The notes: generated by a model not told the origin, from the letters alone. A stretch of DNA of 55,149 bases from a virus (IMGVR_UViG_2531839531_000008); one strand, 5' to 3'; shown: positions 18,655-28,924, counted from the first letter of the stretch. A program made the numbers and translations.

Positions 18655-19254
18655 GTAAAACAAAACCCCGGCTGGGGGAACAGTCCGGGGTTTTTAGTTT
18701 TCACGTCAAAGGGGAAATTGTGATTAGTGAGTAGGGAGAAAATCCTCGTGGGAAAGTATAAAAGATTCTTTTTGAGGTTGTCCATTATGAAAGGTATTGA
18801 AATGGAAACTCCCGCGAGCCTTGATTTGACAAGGGCTGCGGCCTTTGCAATTCGCCTTGTGGCGGTCGCTGTTCTGATTTGGGCTGTGCGTTGGTGGTGA
18901 TATGGCGCGAAAACACTGGACACACAGAATGCCGCGAACGGCGGTGAAACGGGCACTGGTAGCGATACTGGTGCTTTTTTATTGGTGGGGTGCGTCAGCC
19001 TGGATAAGGCGCGCCAGCTTTTCGATACCGCGTCTCAGGTCTGTGAAATTGTCGACGGTGTTCGGCAGTGTCTGCAGAACTGATCGCCTGTAAGAGCAGA
19101 ATATTTTGCTGAAAAATGAAGGATGCGCCAGCGTCCGGTAAGCATGAAATTCTGTGTTTGTGGCTACTCAATAAAATAAATTCTTTCTGTCGCCGCGAAT
19201 ACTCAAATGTTGATCAGTGCCCGGTGCGGCGACGGGCTTCGATATCAGGAGACG

Positions 19255-19650
19255 ATGATGGAAAAAACAGAAAACAAACCGATTGTAATTGGTGCTGATG
19301 CTGCTCCGTTTAAGTTTGAGTTGTCTCAACTGGTGGAGATGCGTATCAGTGATGAATGGGGTGAGGTTAAAGCCCGTGCGCAGTATGCGGATGGCGAAAA
19401 CCAGTACTTGATCCACTACAAAGCAGCTGATGGTCGCGCCACGACGGAGTGGTTTGGTGAGTCAATGCTGGAAGCAACAGAAGATGATCGTCATCCGGGT
19501 TGTCCGGTATTTGCCGGTATGAAATTACCGGAAGGTGCAGTTGAACTGCAGCCGGGTGAGGTGTTCGTAATGACAGACATCATTGATGGTAAACCGCAGT
19601 ATTCGCGTATTGAAATGAATAGTAAGAGTGCTCGCCTGATTCGTGAGTAA
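19255..19650 (+). CDS. hypothetical protein between lysis cassette and cos
   Basis: 131 aa, AGGAG RBS. Confidence 0.4.
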   Translation: MMEKTENKPIVIGADAAPFKFELSQLVEMRISDEWGEVKARAQYADGENQYLIHYKAADGRATTEWFGESMLEATEDDRHPGCPVFAGMKLPEGAVELQPGEVFVMTDIIDGKPQYSRIEMNSKSARLIRE

Positions 19651-20036
19651 CAGGCATTACAGCAGCCCTTCACTCTAAGGGGTTGCTGTAATGTGAGAAA
19701 TAAAAAACCGGTCACAGGGAGCAGCTACACAGAAGCGGCCGGCGAAGACCGCCAATACCACCCATGCATTGATGCAACATACTAATGACAATAGCCGCTA
19801 TTGATGTAAATGCAATGTTATGCATCGACGAAAATAAAAAACCGGCAGGGGAAATCCATTGAAGATTTGCCGGTGGCAAAAGAGGGCCATGTTTTTAACC
19901 TTAGTCGCAGAGTTACGGAGTGCAACTACGAATGCTGCCGGTATATGGCTGAATGGCGTTTCAATGATGTACGTCATCTTATCTGTAAATGTTAATGACA
20001 AACGCTCTCATTTGTGCGGGTCCTTCCGGTGGGGTG

Positions 20037-20116
20037 GCCTGCCACGGGGCGGGAGCGTCGCGGAAAAAGGCTAGTTTTTGAAATTTTATTCGTCATCACC
20101 ACCACTGTAATAGATT
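20037..20116. other. cos region of prophage (cosN about 20066-20077 plus flanking cosB-like sequence)
   Basis: CCACG-GGGCGGGAGCGT-CGCGG resembles lambda cosN ACG-GGGCGGCGACCT-CGCGG as recalled; lies just upstream of terS. Confidence 0.6.
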
Positions 20117-20232
20117 GATATTACAGTGGTTTTATTTTTATGGTGTCGATTTTGATTGTTTTTTGTTCATCACTAACACCGTTTGCCTAAAGTTGTTCGC
20201 GAGATGCATGTTTAAAACATTCTGGAGCGGGT

Positions 20233-20727
20233 ATGGATCGAGAGTTAAAAAATCTGACGCTGAATATCAGTCAACTGGCGGCACTGTCAGGTGTACATCG
20301 CCAGACTGCTGCGGCAAGGCTGCAAAATCTACCCGTTGCAGGGGGGCATGAAAGCAACCTCAAGCTTTATCGGGTGGTTGATATTGTGTCGGCATTTCTG
20401 GCATTGCCACCGCCGGTTGCAGAAGGCGAAATGGACGCGCATGAGCGCAAAGCCTGGTATCAGTCTGAACGTGAGCGTCTTAAGTTCGAACAGGAAACGG
20501 CACAACTCATTCCGGCCAGTGATGTCAGACGGGAGTTTGCCATCTGGGCAAAAGCGGTCGTGCAGGTGCTGGAGACATTACCGGATATTCTGGAACGTGA
20601 CTGCGGTCTGCAGCCTGCCGCTGTGAGCCGTGTTCAGTCCATTATTGATGATCTGCGCGATCAGATAGCCCTGCGGGTGACTGAAGCAGGTGCGGATGAT
20701 GAGGAGGAATTACAGCAGGAGGAGTAA
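20233..20727 (+). CDS. terminase small subunit (Nu1/Noh-like)
   Basis: 164 aa, N-terminal wHTH-like, TAATG coupling to terL, immediately downstream of cos. Confidence 0.75.
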   Translation: MDRELKNLTLNISQLAALSGVHRQTAAARLQNLPVAGGHESNLKLYRVVDIVSAFLALPPPVAEGEMDAHERKAWYQSERERLKFEQETAQLIPASDVRREFAIWAKAVVQVLETLPDILERDCGLQPAAVSRVQSIIDDLRDQIALRVTEAGADDEEELQQEE

Positions 20728-21722
20728 TGCTGAATCAGGAAACCGCAAAGGCAGCACGAACCGATTCAGGTTATATCCTTCGCGCACCGAGACGAATGCG
20801 GGTTGCTGATGCCGTTGCTCAGTATATGCGGGTGCCCATGGGGGCAGGGAACTCAGTCCCGTGGGATCCGCTGGTGGCACCGTATGTTATTGAGCCGATG
20901 AACTGCCTGGCCTCGCGTGAATACGACGCAGTGATATTTGTTGGCCCGGCACGAACCGGCAAGACTATCGGCCTGATTGACGGCTGGGTGATTTACAACG
21001 TGATTTGCGATCCTGCTGATATGCTGATCATTCAGATGACGGAGGAAAAAGCCCGCGAACACTCCAAAAAACGACTCGCCAGAACGTTTCGCGTCAGCCC
21101 GGAAGTGGTCAGTCGCCTGAGTCCGAACAAAAATGACAACAACGTTTATGACAGAACATTCCTTGCTGGTAACTACCTGAAAATCGGCTGGCCGTCAGTC
21201 AATATCATGTCCTCATCAGATTATAAATGCGTCGCGCTGACGGATTATGACCGTTTTCCGGAAGATATTGATGGCGAGGGGGATGCTTTCTCTCTTGCCT
21301 CAAAACGTACCACCACATTTATGTCCAGCGGTATGACGCTGGTGGAGAGTTCCCCCGGCAGGGATGTGAAGGATGTGAAATGGCGACGGACTTCACCGCA
21401 TGAGGCTCCACCAACCACGGGGATCCTGTCGCTCTATAACCGTGGTGATCGCCGTCGCTGGTACTGGCCCTGTCCACACTGTGGTGAGTATTTTCAGCCC
21501 TGCGGCGATGTGGTTGCTGGTTTCCGTGATATTGCCGATCCCGTGCTGGCAAGTGAGGCGGCTTATATTCAGTGTCCTTCCTGTTCAGGACGGATTATGC
21601 CTGAACAAAAACGTGAGCTGAACGGACGTGGGGTCTGGTTGCGGGATGGTGAATCCATCAATGCGGATGGCAGTCGTTATGGTGATCCCCGACGCTCACG
21701 TATTGCGTCATTCTGGATGTAG
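20727..21722 (+). pseudogene. terminase large subunit (lambda gpA-like), N-terminal part, interrupted by satellite insertion
   Basis: 331 aa matching gpA N-terminal ATPase region incl. PCPHCGE motif; ends at TAG created at insertion junction. Confidence 0.8.
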
Positions 21723-21725
21723 GGT
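21713..21725. repeat. left direct repeat / att core of inserted satellite (CTGGATGTAGGGT)
   Basis: same 13-mer with one mismatch at 32312-32324. Confidence 0.6.
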
Positions 21726-21883
21726 ACATTTCTTACCTGTTTTTATGTTCTGGTGTCGTTTTATAGTCTTTTCAATGAGTTGTGATTTTTTGAGTTTCCT
21801 CTCTTTACTTGATAATGAGTTAGTTTATCGCTTGTTATCGACTTGAATGGACTACATGACGGACTAAAAAATGAGGGCGACAG

Positions 21884-23122
21884 ATGTCGGTAAAGCCATT
21901 AACCGTGACTGAAGTTAAGGGGATGAAACCACGTGAAAGGGACTATGCCGTTTATGATGGGTTCGGTTTATTGCTGAATGTGAGTAAAGCAGGTGGGAAA
22001 GTGTGGCGTTTCCGTTATAGCCATCCGATAACGAAGAAACGGCAGACATACACGATAGGGCGTTTTCCTGAATTCTCACTCGCGGAAGCACGGGAAGTAC
22101 GTGATGAACTTCGGCGAATGATTGCGCGTGGAGTTGATCCAGTGACAGAGAAGAAAAATCGTAAAATTGAGATGGCGCTAAAAAATCTACAGACATTTGA
22201 AGTCGTTGCTAATGCATGGTTCGCTTTTAAAAAAGGATCGGAGTTGAGGAAACCTACGTTGTATAATATCGAATATGAAGTATATAAGTATCTTGTTCCT
22301 TTCTTTGGTAAATACAGCATAGATAAAATTACAGCACCATTAGCAATTAAGACACTGGATGCCGTATCTGATAAAAACGCGCTGCAAAAAAAATTAATAT
22401 CAAGATTAAATGAAATCATGAATTACGCTGTAAATTGTGGCGCATTGAAAATAAATCCATTGCTTAAAATAAAGACAGCATTCACTGGAAAGAAAAATAA
22501 ATTATTAGCCGCGTTACCTATAGAAAGATTACCTGAATTTCTGAGCTGGTGGGATAGTGTGCCTCATAAGTATCAAATAGCTCACAATGCGCTTTTATTC
22601 CAGATATTGACAATGGTCAGGCCAGGTGAGGCGATTAAAGCAGAGTGGCCCGAGATTGATTTTGATTCTGGCTTGTGGATTATCCCCGCGCATAAAATGA
22701 AATGCCATCGTGAACATGTTGTGCCTCTCTCATCACAGGCTATTAGAATCCTAAGAACAATGCAGGAAATAAAAAGAGGGCGTTATATATTTTTTTCCTC
22801 CAGAACAAAAGATGCTCCTATGGGAAAGAATACTATCAATACCCCAATTGCTGCCAGCAAGTTCAAAGGGATTGTAACGTTACACGGTTTTCGTTCGATG
22901 TGGAGTACGCTTTTAAATGAGGAGGGTTTTAACCCTGATGTTATTGAGGCTGCATTAGCACATAAAAGTGGTGATAAAATAAGAGATATTTATAATAGAA
23001 CTACTTATTTAGAACAACGCAAAATTATGATGCAATGGGTAGGAGATTTTTTTGATGAGGCGAGAAAAGGGGTAATTAATAGATCCGGTGGTAAGAAAGG
23101 TTTGAGAATAGTAAATGGTTGA
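21884..23122 (+). CDS. int: P4-type tyrosine integrase (DUF4102 arm domain)
   Basis: 412 aa; N-terminus LT..E..G.KP...DY.V.DG.GL.L.V...G.K.WRFRY typical of P4 Int family; adjacent to left junction. Confidence 0.9.
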   Translation: MSVKPLTVTEVKGMKPRERDYAVYDGFGLLLNVSKAGGKVWRFRYSHPITKKRQTYTIGRFPEFSLAEAREVRDELRRMIARGVDPVTEKKNRKIEMALKNLQTFEVVANAWFAFKKGSELRKPTLYNIEYEVYKYLVPFFGKYSIDKITAPLAIKTLDAVSDKNALQKKLISRLNEIMNYAVNCGALKINPLLKIKTAFTGKKNKLLAALPIERLPEFLSWWDSVPHKYQIAHNALLFQILTMVRPGEAIKAEWPEIDFDSGLWIIPAHKMKCHREHVVPLSSQAIRILRTMQEIKRGRYIFFSSRTKDAPMGKNTINTPIAASKFKGIVTLHGFRSMWSTLLNEEGFNPDVIEAALAHKSGDKIRDIYNRTTYLEQRKIMMQWVGDFFDEARKGVINRSGGKKGLRIVNG

Positions 23123-23134
23123 GGAGTTCAGCAA

Positions 23135-23338
23135 ATGAATACCAATGAAGATATTTTATTTACTAAAGACGTAATGAAAATTTTGCGCTATGGGGCAATG
23201 AGCGCATTCATCAATTTCTGGAAAGATGAAAATAATGGTTTTCCTCAACCGTTCAGAATTGGGCGGCGGCATACCTGGCACCGCAGAGATGTAGAGGCAT
23301 GGTTAGATAAACAACGAGAACAGGCCAATCCCCACTAA
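23135..23338 (+). CDS. alpA: AlpA-family transcriptional regulator
   Basis: 67 aa small HTH protein directly after P4-type int. Confidence 0.65.
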   Translation: MNTNEDILFTKDVMKILRYGAMSAFINFWKDENNGFPQPFRIGRRHTWHRRDVEAWLDKQREQANPH

Positions 23339-23351
23339 TAATATCTTTCAT

Positions 23352-23378
23352 ACCCCGCACGCAATGCGGGGTTTTTTG
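23352..23378 (+). terminator. intrinsic terminator after alpA
   Basis: ccccgca-cgcaa-tgcgggg hairpin followed by TTTTTT. Confidence 0.6.
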
Positions 23379-23396
23379 TATGTGAGGTAAAAAACG

Positions 23397-23978
23397 ATGA
23401 ATAAAAATATTGCCGTGACGGGCAAGGGGTACGCTCGTTCAGTAAAAAAATTCTGCGATATTCGTGATCTTGTCGTTCTGCGCTTTGATGGCGTGGATGT
23501 TCGTGTGGTGTATCTGAACGGCGATCCGTGGTTTGTTGCAAAGGATGTTTGTGAAGCTCTGGAAATAAGCAACTCACGCGATGCTCTAAAAGCTCTGGAT
23601 GTGGATGAGAAGAATACCGTCGCTTTAAGCTACGGTATTCGCGGAAATCCAAATCATAGCGTCGTTTCTGAATCTGGTTTTTACAAGCTGATCGCCAGAA
23701 GTCGCAAAGCTGTTACTCCTGGCACGTTCGCCCATCGTTTCAGTAACTGGGTATTCAGGAATGTGATACCAGGTATCAGAAAAACGGGGGCTTATGGTAT
23801 CCCGTGGGGTGCATTACAGGATTTTTCCCGCCGTAAAGAGCAATATCAAATAAGTGCCAGCGAGAAGGGGAGGGAGCTACAGGCATGTAAGCGCAAAAAG
23901 CGTGAGCTGGAGGAAGAAGAAAAAAGGCTGATACGTGAATACCAGCCTGAGTTTTACTTTGGTGAGCGTATTCAGTAA
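23397..23978 (+). CDS. BRO-N domain protein (antirepressor-like)
   Basis: 193 aa; N-terminal BRO-N-like segment, lysine/glutamate-rich C-terminus. Confidence 0.6.
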   Translation: MNKNIAVTGKGYARSVKKFCDIRDLVVLRFDGVDVRVVYLNGDPWFVAKDVCEALEISNSRDALKALDVDEKNTVALSYGIRGNPNHSVVSESGFYKLIARSRKAVTPGTFAHRFSNWVFRNVIPGIRKTGAYGIPWGALQDFSRRKEQYQISASEKGRELQACKRKKRELEEEEKRLIREYQPEFYFGERIQ

Positions 23979-24370
23979 CCACACGCGGTGTTGATTATAC
24001 GGTACATCGTGTTGACCGGGAAGCTACCCACCAGCAAGGCAAAATCTTCTGCTAAAAAATGACATATGACCAGTCGTCCGGAAAGCATGAAATTTTACAA
24101 AAATGGAAAATGAAGATTTTTATTGTGCTGGTGGGTAAAAACAAAAAGCGCCCCGTTGCCGGAGCGCCCTTGCGAACAATTAACCTACTGCGCAAAAAAT
24201 GAATCAGTGCAGTGGGATTATATCAACCGTGTAGCGAAGCGCCACAATTGCCGGATAACAGGCAAAACAAAGGCCACCCGCTACGGTGGCCCCTCGACAC
24301 AAGCTACACGTTATCCCCAACGCATGAGCATTACCAACAATGCCACATTTGCGGCTGGTGGGCAATGTGA

Positions 24371-24559
24371 TCAGTCAGATTTGGTTCGTTCCAAGGTTTG
24401 CAACGAGAGTTTTTTCCTGCGCTCTTTAAGGAATTTCTCAAGAGCAAACGAACAAGGTGCGAATCTTTCTGATTCATGCTCTATCTTTCTGCGCCGTCTT
24501 TTCCGTGCCGGTGATAATGTTTTGGTCAATTCTTTATCGGTCATTGTGTTGTCCTGCAT
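24371..24559 (-). CDS. hypothetical small basic protein
   Basis: 62-aa ORF; terminator-like hairpin plus T-run on minus strand near 24270-24300. Confidence 0.35.
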   Translation of the reverse strand: MQDNTMTDKELTKTLSPARKRRRRKIEHESERFAPCSFALEKFLKERRKKLSLQTLERTKSD

Positions 24560-24601
24560 AGCAATGCGCCGTAATACCTTACACCACGGCGCTGGTGATG
24601 G

Positions 24602-24907
24602 TTATTCCTGCTCTTTGGCCTTGCGACGCTGGAGTTCTTCACGCGCGACGGTGATGAGTTGCCCGATCTCCTCGGCTGCTTTGACTCCGATTTTTTCCAC
24701 CTGCGCCAGTGCATCGAGCGAAGAAACCAGGGGATTTTCTCCGCTTCCTTCTGCCTGGCGGCGGGCGATCTCACCGCGAACGGCTGTAATCACGAAAGCG
24801 GCTATTGTTTCCCCTTCCGTTTTCGAATTTTCCATTTCCTCGATTACATCATGGGGGAAGCGGATATTTTTCATTTGCGATCTGCTGTTGATATTTCCTG
24901 TTGCCAT
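24602..24907 (-). CDS. hypothetical protein, candidate satellite regulator
   Basis: 101 aa; divergent from rightward operon; intergenic region 24908-25103 holds GTGTGTA/TGTACA repeat motifs. Confidence 0.45.
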   Translation of the reverse strand: MATGNINSRSQMKNIRFPHDVIEEMENSKTEGETIAAFVITAVRGEIARRQAEGSGENPLVSSLDALAQVEKIGVKAAEEIGQLITVAREELQRRKAKEQE

Positions 24908-25103
24908 CAGAATGTCCGGTTATTTTGAGGTGTGCATACATTACATCAAAAGGTGTGTAAATAAAACACTTGACACTGTAGCGCACTTAAATTTAATCTG
25001 TACACACACCAATGATTGTGGTGTATGTACAGCAAAGCCCCGCAGTGCTGGAACACATGCAGGGCTTCTAACCACCAACGATAGCGAAAGTATCGAGGTA
25101 GCT

Positions 25104-25310
25104 ATGAGAAATTATACCAGACACCCGCAAGGGCGGGACTCGTACAACCTGAATAAATACATCTGGCGTTTTATCGCCCTGAGCACGGCACAACCGCGCG
25201 TGATTACCATTGAGGCCACCAGCGAACAGGAAGCGCGTCAGCAATCTCCTGATGGCTGCGTGATGGTATTCGCTGCCCGTATTCGCCAGGGGGAAACCTA
25301 TGCACAATAA
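25104..25310 (+). CDS. hypothetical small protein
   Basis: 68 aa with GAGG RBS; first gene of rightward operon. Confidence 0.4.
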   Translation: MRNYTRHPQGRDSYNLNKYIWRFIALSTAQPRVITIEATSEQEARQQSPDGCVMVFAARIRQGETYAQ

Positions 25311-25536
25311 AACCACACCGGACGCAGCCGCCGAAGCCATCAAAACGCTGATGCACGCGCTGATTGATATTTCTGTTATCGCAGACAAGGCGCATAAGCA
25401 CGCCACCAGCGAAACAGAATATGCCGGGGCTTTCGTTCCTCACTCACTGGCTCTTATGCAATTTAGTGCTGATATGGCGCTGAATGAGGCAGGCAAAATT
25501 CTTACCGCAGATATTCAGGGGGTGCACCATGCATGA
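25300..25536 (+). CDS. hypothetical small protein
   Basis: 78-aa ORF overlapping neighbours by a few nt. Confidence 0.35.
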   Translation: MHNKTTPDAAAEAIKTLMHALIDISVIADKAHKHATSETEYAGAFVPHSLALMQFSADMALNEAGKILTADIQGVHHA

Positions 25537-25756
25537 TGACTGTTATCTTAAATCAATGAGCCATGCAGAAAACGCACTGACTAACAGTGAATGTTTGAGG
25601 CAAATATTTCTTATCTGGCTTGATGGTTTAAGTGATGCGCCGGAAGATGAGCGTGAATCTAATCTTGCTGGTGCGTTTATTTCATTACTCGATACGGTAA
25701 TCGTCGAATTAAATAAAGCGATCGAAATTCACGATAAAAAAATAAACGCGGAATAA
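25529..25756 (+). CDS. hypothetical small protein
   Basis: 75 aa from internal ATG. Confidence 0.35.
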   Translation: MHDDCYLKSMSHAENALTNSECLRQIFLIWLDGLSDAPEDERESNLAGAFISLLDTVIVELNKAIEIHDKKINAE

Positions 25757-25761
25757 AAACC

Positions 25762-26049
25762 ATGAAAAATAAAAATTCTGGCTTTACTGCCAGCGGCCCC
25801 GCTCGGCCTGAAATCCGCCCCGGCGATATTTTCCGGGATAACTATGGCGGCACGGTAACGATAAAAGGCGTGGCAGAACGGCGCATCACTTACCGCCGTG
25901 ATGGCTACGAATATGACTGCGTGATGCCTGTTTATCAGTTCCGGCGTGATTTCACGCTGGTGGGCCATCGTAAAGCCGTAAATCAGAAACGTGCAGCAAG
26001 TCATATCCGCAAAATTCGTGAAATGCTGGTCGCAGGGGGTAAAAAATGA
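25762..26049 (+). CDS. hypothetical small protein
   Basis: 95-aa ORF, ATGA-coupled to primase gene. Confidence 0.4.
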   Translation: MKNKNSGFTASGPARPEIRPGDIFRDNYGGTVTIKGVAERRITYRRDGYEYDCVMPVYQFRRDFTLVGHRKAVNQKRAASHIRKIREMLVAGGKK

Positions 26050-27860
26050 AACTGGCACCGAACGTAAAACAGCAGTCACGCGGCATAAAACACAAAGAAA
26101 CAGAAGTCATTATTTTTGCGGGTAGTGATGCCTGGTCACACGCAAAACAATGGCAGGAACATGACGCGCGTATGGCCGGAGATAATGAGCCTCCTGTGTG
26201 GCTTGGGGAGCAGCAGTTATCTGAACTGGATAAGCTGCAAATTGTGCCGGAAGGCAGAAAATCCGTGCGCATATTCAGGGCCGGATATCTTGCGCCAGTA
26301 ATGATAAAGGCGATTGGTCAGAAGCTGGCGGCGGCAGGCGTACAGGATGCAAATTTTTATCCTGAGGGTATGCACGGCCAGGAGGTGCAGAACTGGCGCG
26401 AATATCTGGCCCGTGAGCGCCAGAATCTTTCTGATGGTCTGGTGATTCAGCTTCCTGTTAAGAAAAAAACAGAAGACAGCGCCGCACCACTGGCGCTTAA
26501 CCAGATGGGAGCAAGCCAGCGCGGCGAAGTTCTCCTGGCACATTATGGCGGTGAACTGGCGATTCATGCCGACTCTGACACTGTTCACCATTACAACGGC
26601 GTTGTATGGGAGCCGATTCAGGATAAAGAGTTACAGCGTGCTATGGCGCAGATTTTCATTGATGCGGAGATCAGCTATTCGCAGAACGCCATTAAATCGG
26701 CGGTCGATACCATGAAGTTAAGTTTGCCTGTAATGGGGAATACAGCCCGTAACCTGATTGGATTCAGTAACGGGGTATTTGATACCAGAACAGGTAATTT
26801 TCGGGAGCATAACAAAAACGACTGGTTGTTAATTGCCAGTGAATTACCTTTCAGCCCACCAGCAGAGGGGGAAACGCTGGCAACACATGCGCCGAATTTC
26901 TGGAAGTGGTTACGCCGCTCGGTGGCAGAGAATGACCGCAAGACGGATCGCGTGCTGGCTGCATTATTCATGGTGCTGGCGAACCGGTACGACTGGCAGT
27001 TATTCATTGAGGTAACAGGTCCAGGGGGAAGTGGTAAAAGCGTGATGGCGGAGATTTGCACTATGCTGGCGGGTAAGGCCAACACAGTATCGGCAAGCAT
27101 GAAGGCGCTGGAAGATGCAAGGGAACGCGCGTTAGTGGTTGGCTTTTCGCTGATTATCATGCCGGATATGACCCGCTACGCTGGTGATGGCGCAGGAATT
27201 AAGGCCATTACAGGCGGTGACAAGGTGGCAATCGACCCGAAGCATAAAGCCCCCTACTCAACACGCATTCAGGCGGTCGTGCTGGCGGTGAACAATAACG
27301 CCATGTCATTCAGTGACCGCAGCGGGGGGATCTCACGTCGTCGGGTGATATTCAATTTTTCGGAGGTTGTACCGGAGAACGAGCGCGACCCCATGCTGGC
27401 AGAAAAAATAGAAGGAGAGCTGGCGGTTGTGATTCGCCATCTGCTTACTCGTTTTTCTGACCAGGACGAAGCTAAACGCCTGCTGTATGAGCAGCGGAAA
27501 TCAGAAGAAGCTCTGGTGATAAAACGCGAGGGCGATTCGCTGGTGGACTTCTGTGGCTATCTCATGTCGTCGGTAATGTGTGATGGTCTGTTAGTGGGTA
27601 ATGCCGAAATTATTCCGTTCAGTCCGCGCAGGTATCTTTATCACGCCTATCTGGCATATATGAGGGCACACGGATTCGGTAAACCTGTAACACTGACGCG
27701 CTTCGGTAAAGATATGCCGGGGGCAATGGCGGAATATGGCAGGGAGTATATAAAACGGAAAACGAAGCACGGTTTGCGTTCAAATGTGACACTGACAGAG
27801 GATTCAGAAGACTGGATGCCATCATGTGCATCGGTCACAAATGACGACAGCAAAAATTAA
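26046..27860 (+). CDS. satellite replication protein: primase/SF3-helicase family (P4 alpha C-terminal-like)
   Basis: 604 aa; Walker A GPGGSGKS; followed by iteron array. Confidence 0.8.
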   Translation: MKLAPNVKQQSRGIKHKETEVIIFAGSDAWSHAKQWQEHDARMAGDNEPPVWLGEQQLSELDKLQIVPEGRKSVRIFRAGYLAPVMIKAIGQKLAAAGVQDANFYPEGMHGQEVQNWREYLARERQNLSDGLVIQLPVKKKTEDSAAPLALNQMGASQRGEVLLAHYGGELAIHADSDTVHHYNGVVWEPIQDKELQRAMAQIFIDAEISYSQNAIKSAVDTMKLSLPVMGNTARNLIGFSNGVFDTRTGNFREHNKNDWLLIASELPFSPPAEGETLATHAPNFWKWLRRSVAENDRKTDRVLAALFMVLANRYDWQLFIEVTGPGGSGKSVMAEICTMLAGKANTVSASMKALEDARERALVVGFSLIIMPDMTRYAGDGAGIKAITGGDKVAIDPKHKAPYSTRIQAVVLAVNNNAMSFSDRSGGISRRRVIFNFSEVVPENERDPMLAEKIEGELAVVIRHLLTRFSDQDEAKRLLYEQRKSEEALVIKREGDSLVDFCGYLMSSVMCDGLLVGNAEIIPFSPRRYLYHAYLAYMRAHGFGKPVTLTRFGKDMPGAMAEYGREYIKRKTKHGLRSNVTLTEDSEDWMPSCASVTNDDSKN

Positions 27861-27872
27861 ACTTATGGAATA

Positions 27873-28103
27873 ACTGTTCACCACTGTTCACCCTGTTATA
27901 AATATCTTTTATATCAGTACATTATAGGGTGAACAGTTATTTGTGAACTGTTCACCAAACTATTCACTGTTCACCTTTTTGATTATTTATTGAGCTTTAA
28001 GGGTGAACAGTGGTGAACAGTTGGTGAATAGTTTTTGTGAAACTATTCACCCCTTAACATTATGAATAAAAAGGGAAAATCTCAAAAGGTGAACAGGTGA
28101 AGG
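27873..28103. repeat. iteron array, probable satellite replication origin
   Basis: about 12 copies of CTGTTCACC / GGTGAACAG in both orientations in AT-rich DNA right after primase gene. Confidence 0.65.
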
Positions 28104-28147
28104 GTTAAAATGCAAAAATTTTATTTTATTGCTGTGAGGTAAAGCCT

Positions 28148-28393
28148 GTGACAACGAAGCACGCAAAAAAACCACAATCTCACGCCCTTGATTTGACAGA
28201 ACACTGGCTGAGGGTGGCGATAAAAATCATCGACCGCAACGCGGGAGAAGGGTACGCAAAAGCACATCCCGAACTGGTAAGCGCACTCATGACCACGGCA
28301 GCGGCAAACTTTGCCACGCTGACAGAACGGGAGATTGCCGAAGCGGAACAGGTGACAACCATCAACGTTAAAACCGGAGAGCAGACAGCATGA
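28148..28393 (+). CDS. hypothetical protein
   Basis: 81 aa, GTG start with GAGG RBS. Confidence 0.4.
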   Translation: MTTKHAKKPQSHALDLTEHWLRVAIKIIDRNAGEGYAKAHPELVSALMTTAAANFATLTEREIAEAEQVTTINVKTGEQTA

Positions 28394-28812
28394 CAGCACA
28401 GATAGCAGCTTACGGGCGGCTGGTGGCTGACCCGCAGTTAAAGACCACCAGCAAAGGGACACAAATGGCGATGGCGAGTATGGCGGTTCCCCTGCCGTGC
28501 AGCCAGGCCGATGACGGAACGGCGACGATGTGGTTATCCGTCCTGGCGTTTGGCAGACAGGCCGATGCACTGGCAAAGCACCACAAAGGCGAACTGGTGA
28601 GCGTGGCGGGTAACATGCAGGTAAGCCAGTGGACAGGCCAGAACGGCGAAACGCGGCAGGGCTGGCAGGTTATCGCAGACAGCGTAATCAGTGCGCGAAC
28701 GGCGCGACCGGGCGGCAAAAAAGGCCAGCAGGGCCAGGCTACTGACGCGCTGAACAGAGCAAAACAACTGGCGGGGAATGATGATCCGTACGGGGATAAC
28801 ATACCGTTTTAA
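28390..28812 (+). CDS. SSB-like single-stranded DNA-binding protein
   Basis: 140 aa; Gly/Gln-rich linker and acidic tail ending DNIPF, cf. E. coli SSB tail DDDIPF. Confidence 0.55.
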   Translation: MTAQIAAYGRLVADPQLKTTSKGTQMAMASMAVPLPCSQADDGTATMWLSVLAFGRQADALAKHHKGELVSVAGNMQVSQWTGQNGETRQGWQVIADSVISARTARPGGKKGQQGQATDALNRAKQLAGNDDPYGDNIPF

Positions 28813-28827
28813 GCAACGAGTAACAGA

Positions 28828-28850
28828 AGCCGGAGCAATCCGGCTTTTTT
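28828..28850 (+). terminator. intrinsic terminator after SSB-like gene
   Basis: agccgg-agcaat-ccggct hairpin followed by TTTTTT. Confidence 0.6.
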
Positions 28851-28852
28851 AT

Positions 28853-28924
28853 GGGTCCTTCCTGTGGAGCGGCCTTGCCACGGGGCGGGAGCGGCGCGGA
28901 AAACGGCTGATTTTTGCATTTTCA
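28853..28924. other. satellite cos copy 1 (cosN about 28883-28894)
   Basis: about 85 percent identical by eye to prophage cos element; cosN GGGCGGGAGCGG. Confidence 0.55.

Noticed and set aside
21884-23122. Second integrase as evidence of tandem independent prophages
   Set aside because: The flanking terL halves join seamlessly and the insert lacks repressor/cro, lysis and tail genes; it is a satellite inside the prophage.
24123-25310. 395-aa plus-strand ORF spanning the satellite control region
   Set aside because: Implausible Cys/Ser/Arg-rich composition, no RBS, antisense to two compact minus-strand genes with their own terminator; only its last 68 codons (25104-25310) look like a real gene.
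27873-28103. Possible CRISPR array
   Set aside because: Repeats are 8-9 bp, irregularly spaced, in both orientations, with no spacers and no cas genes; an iteron origin fits better.
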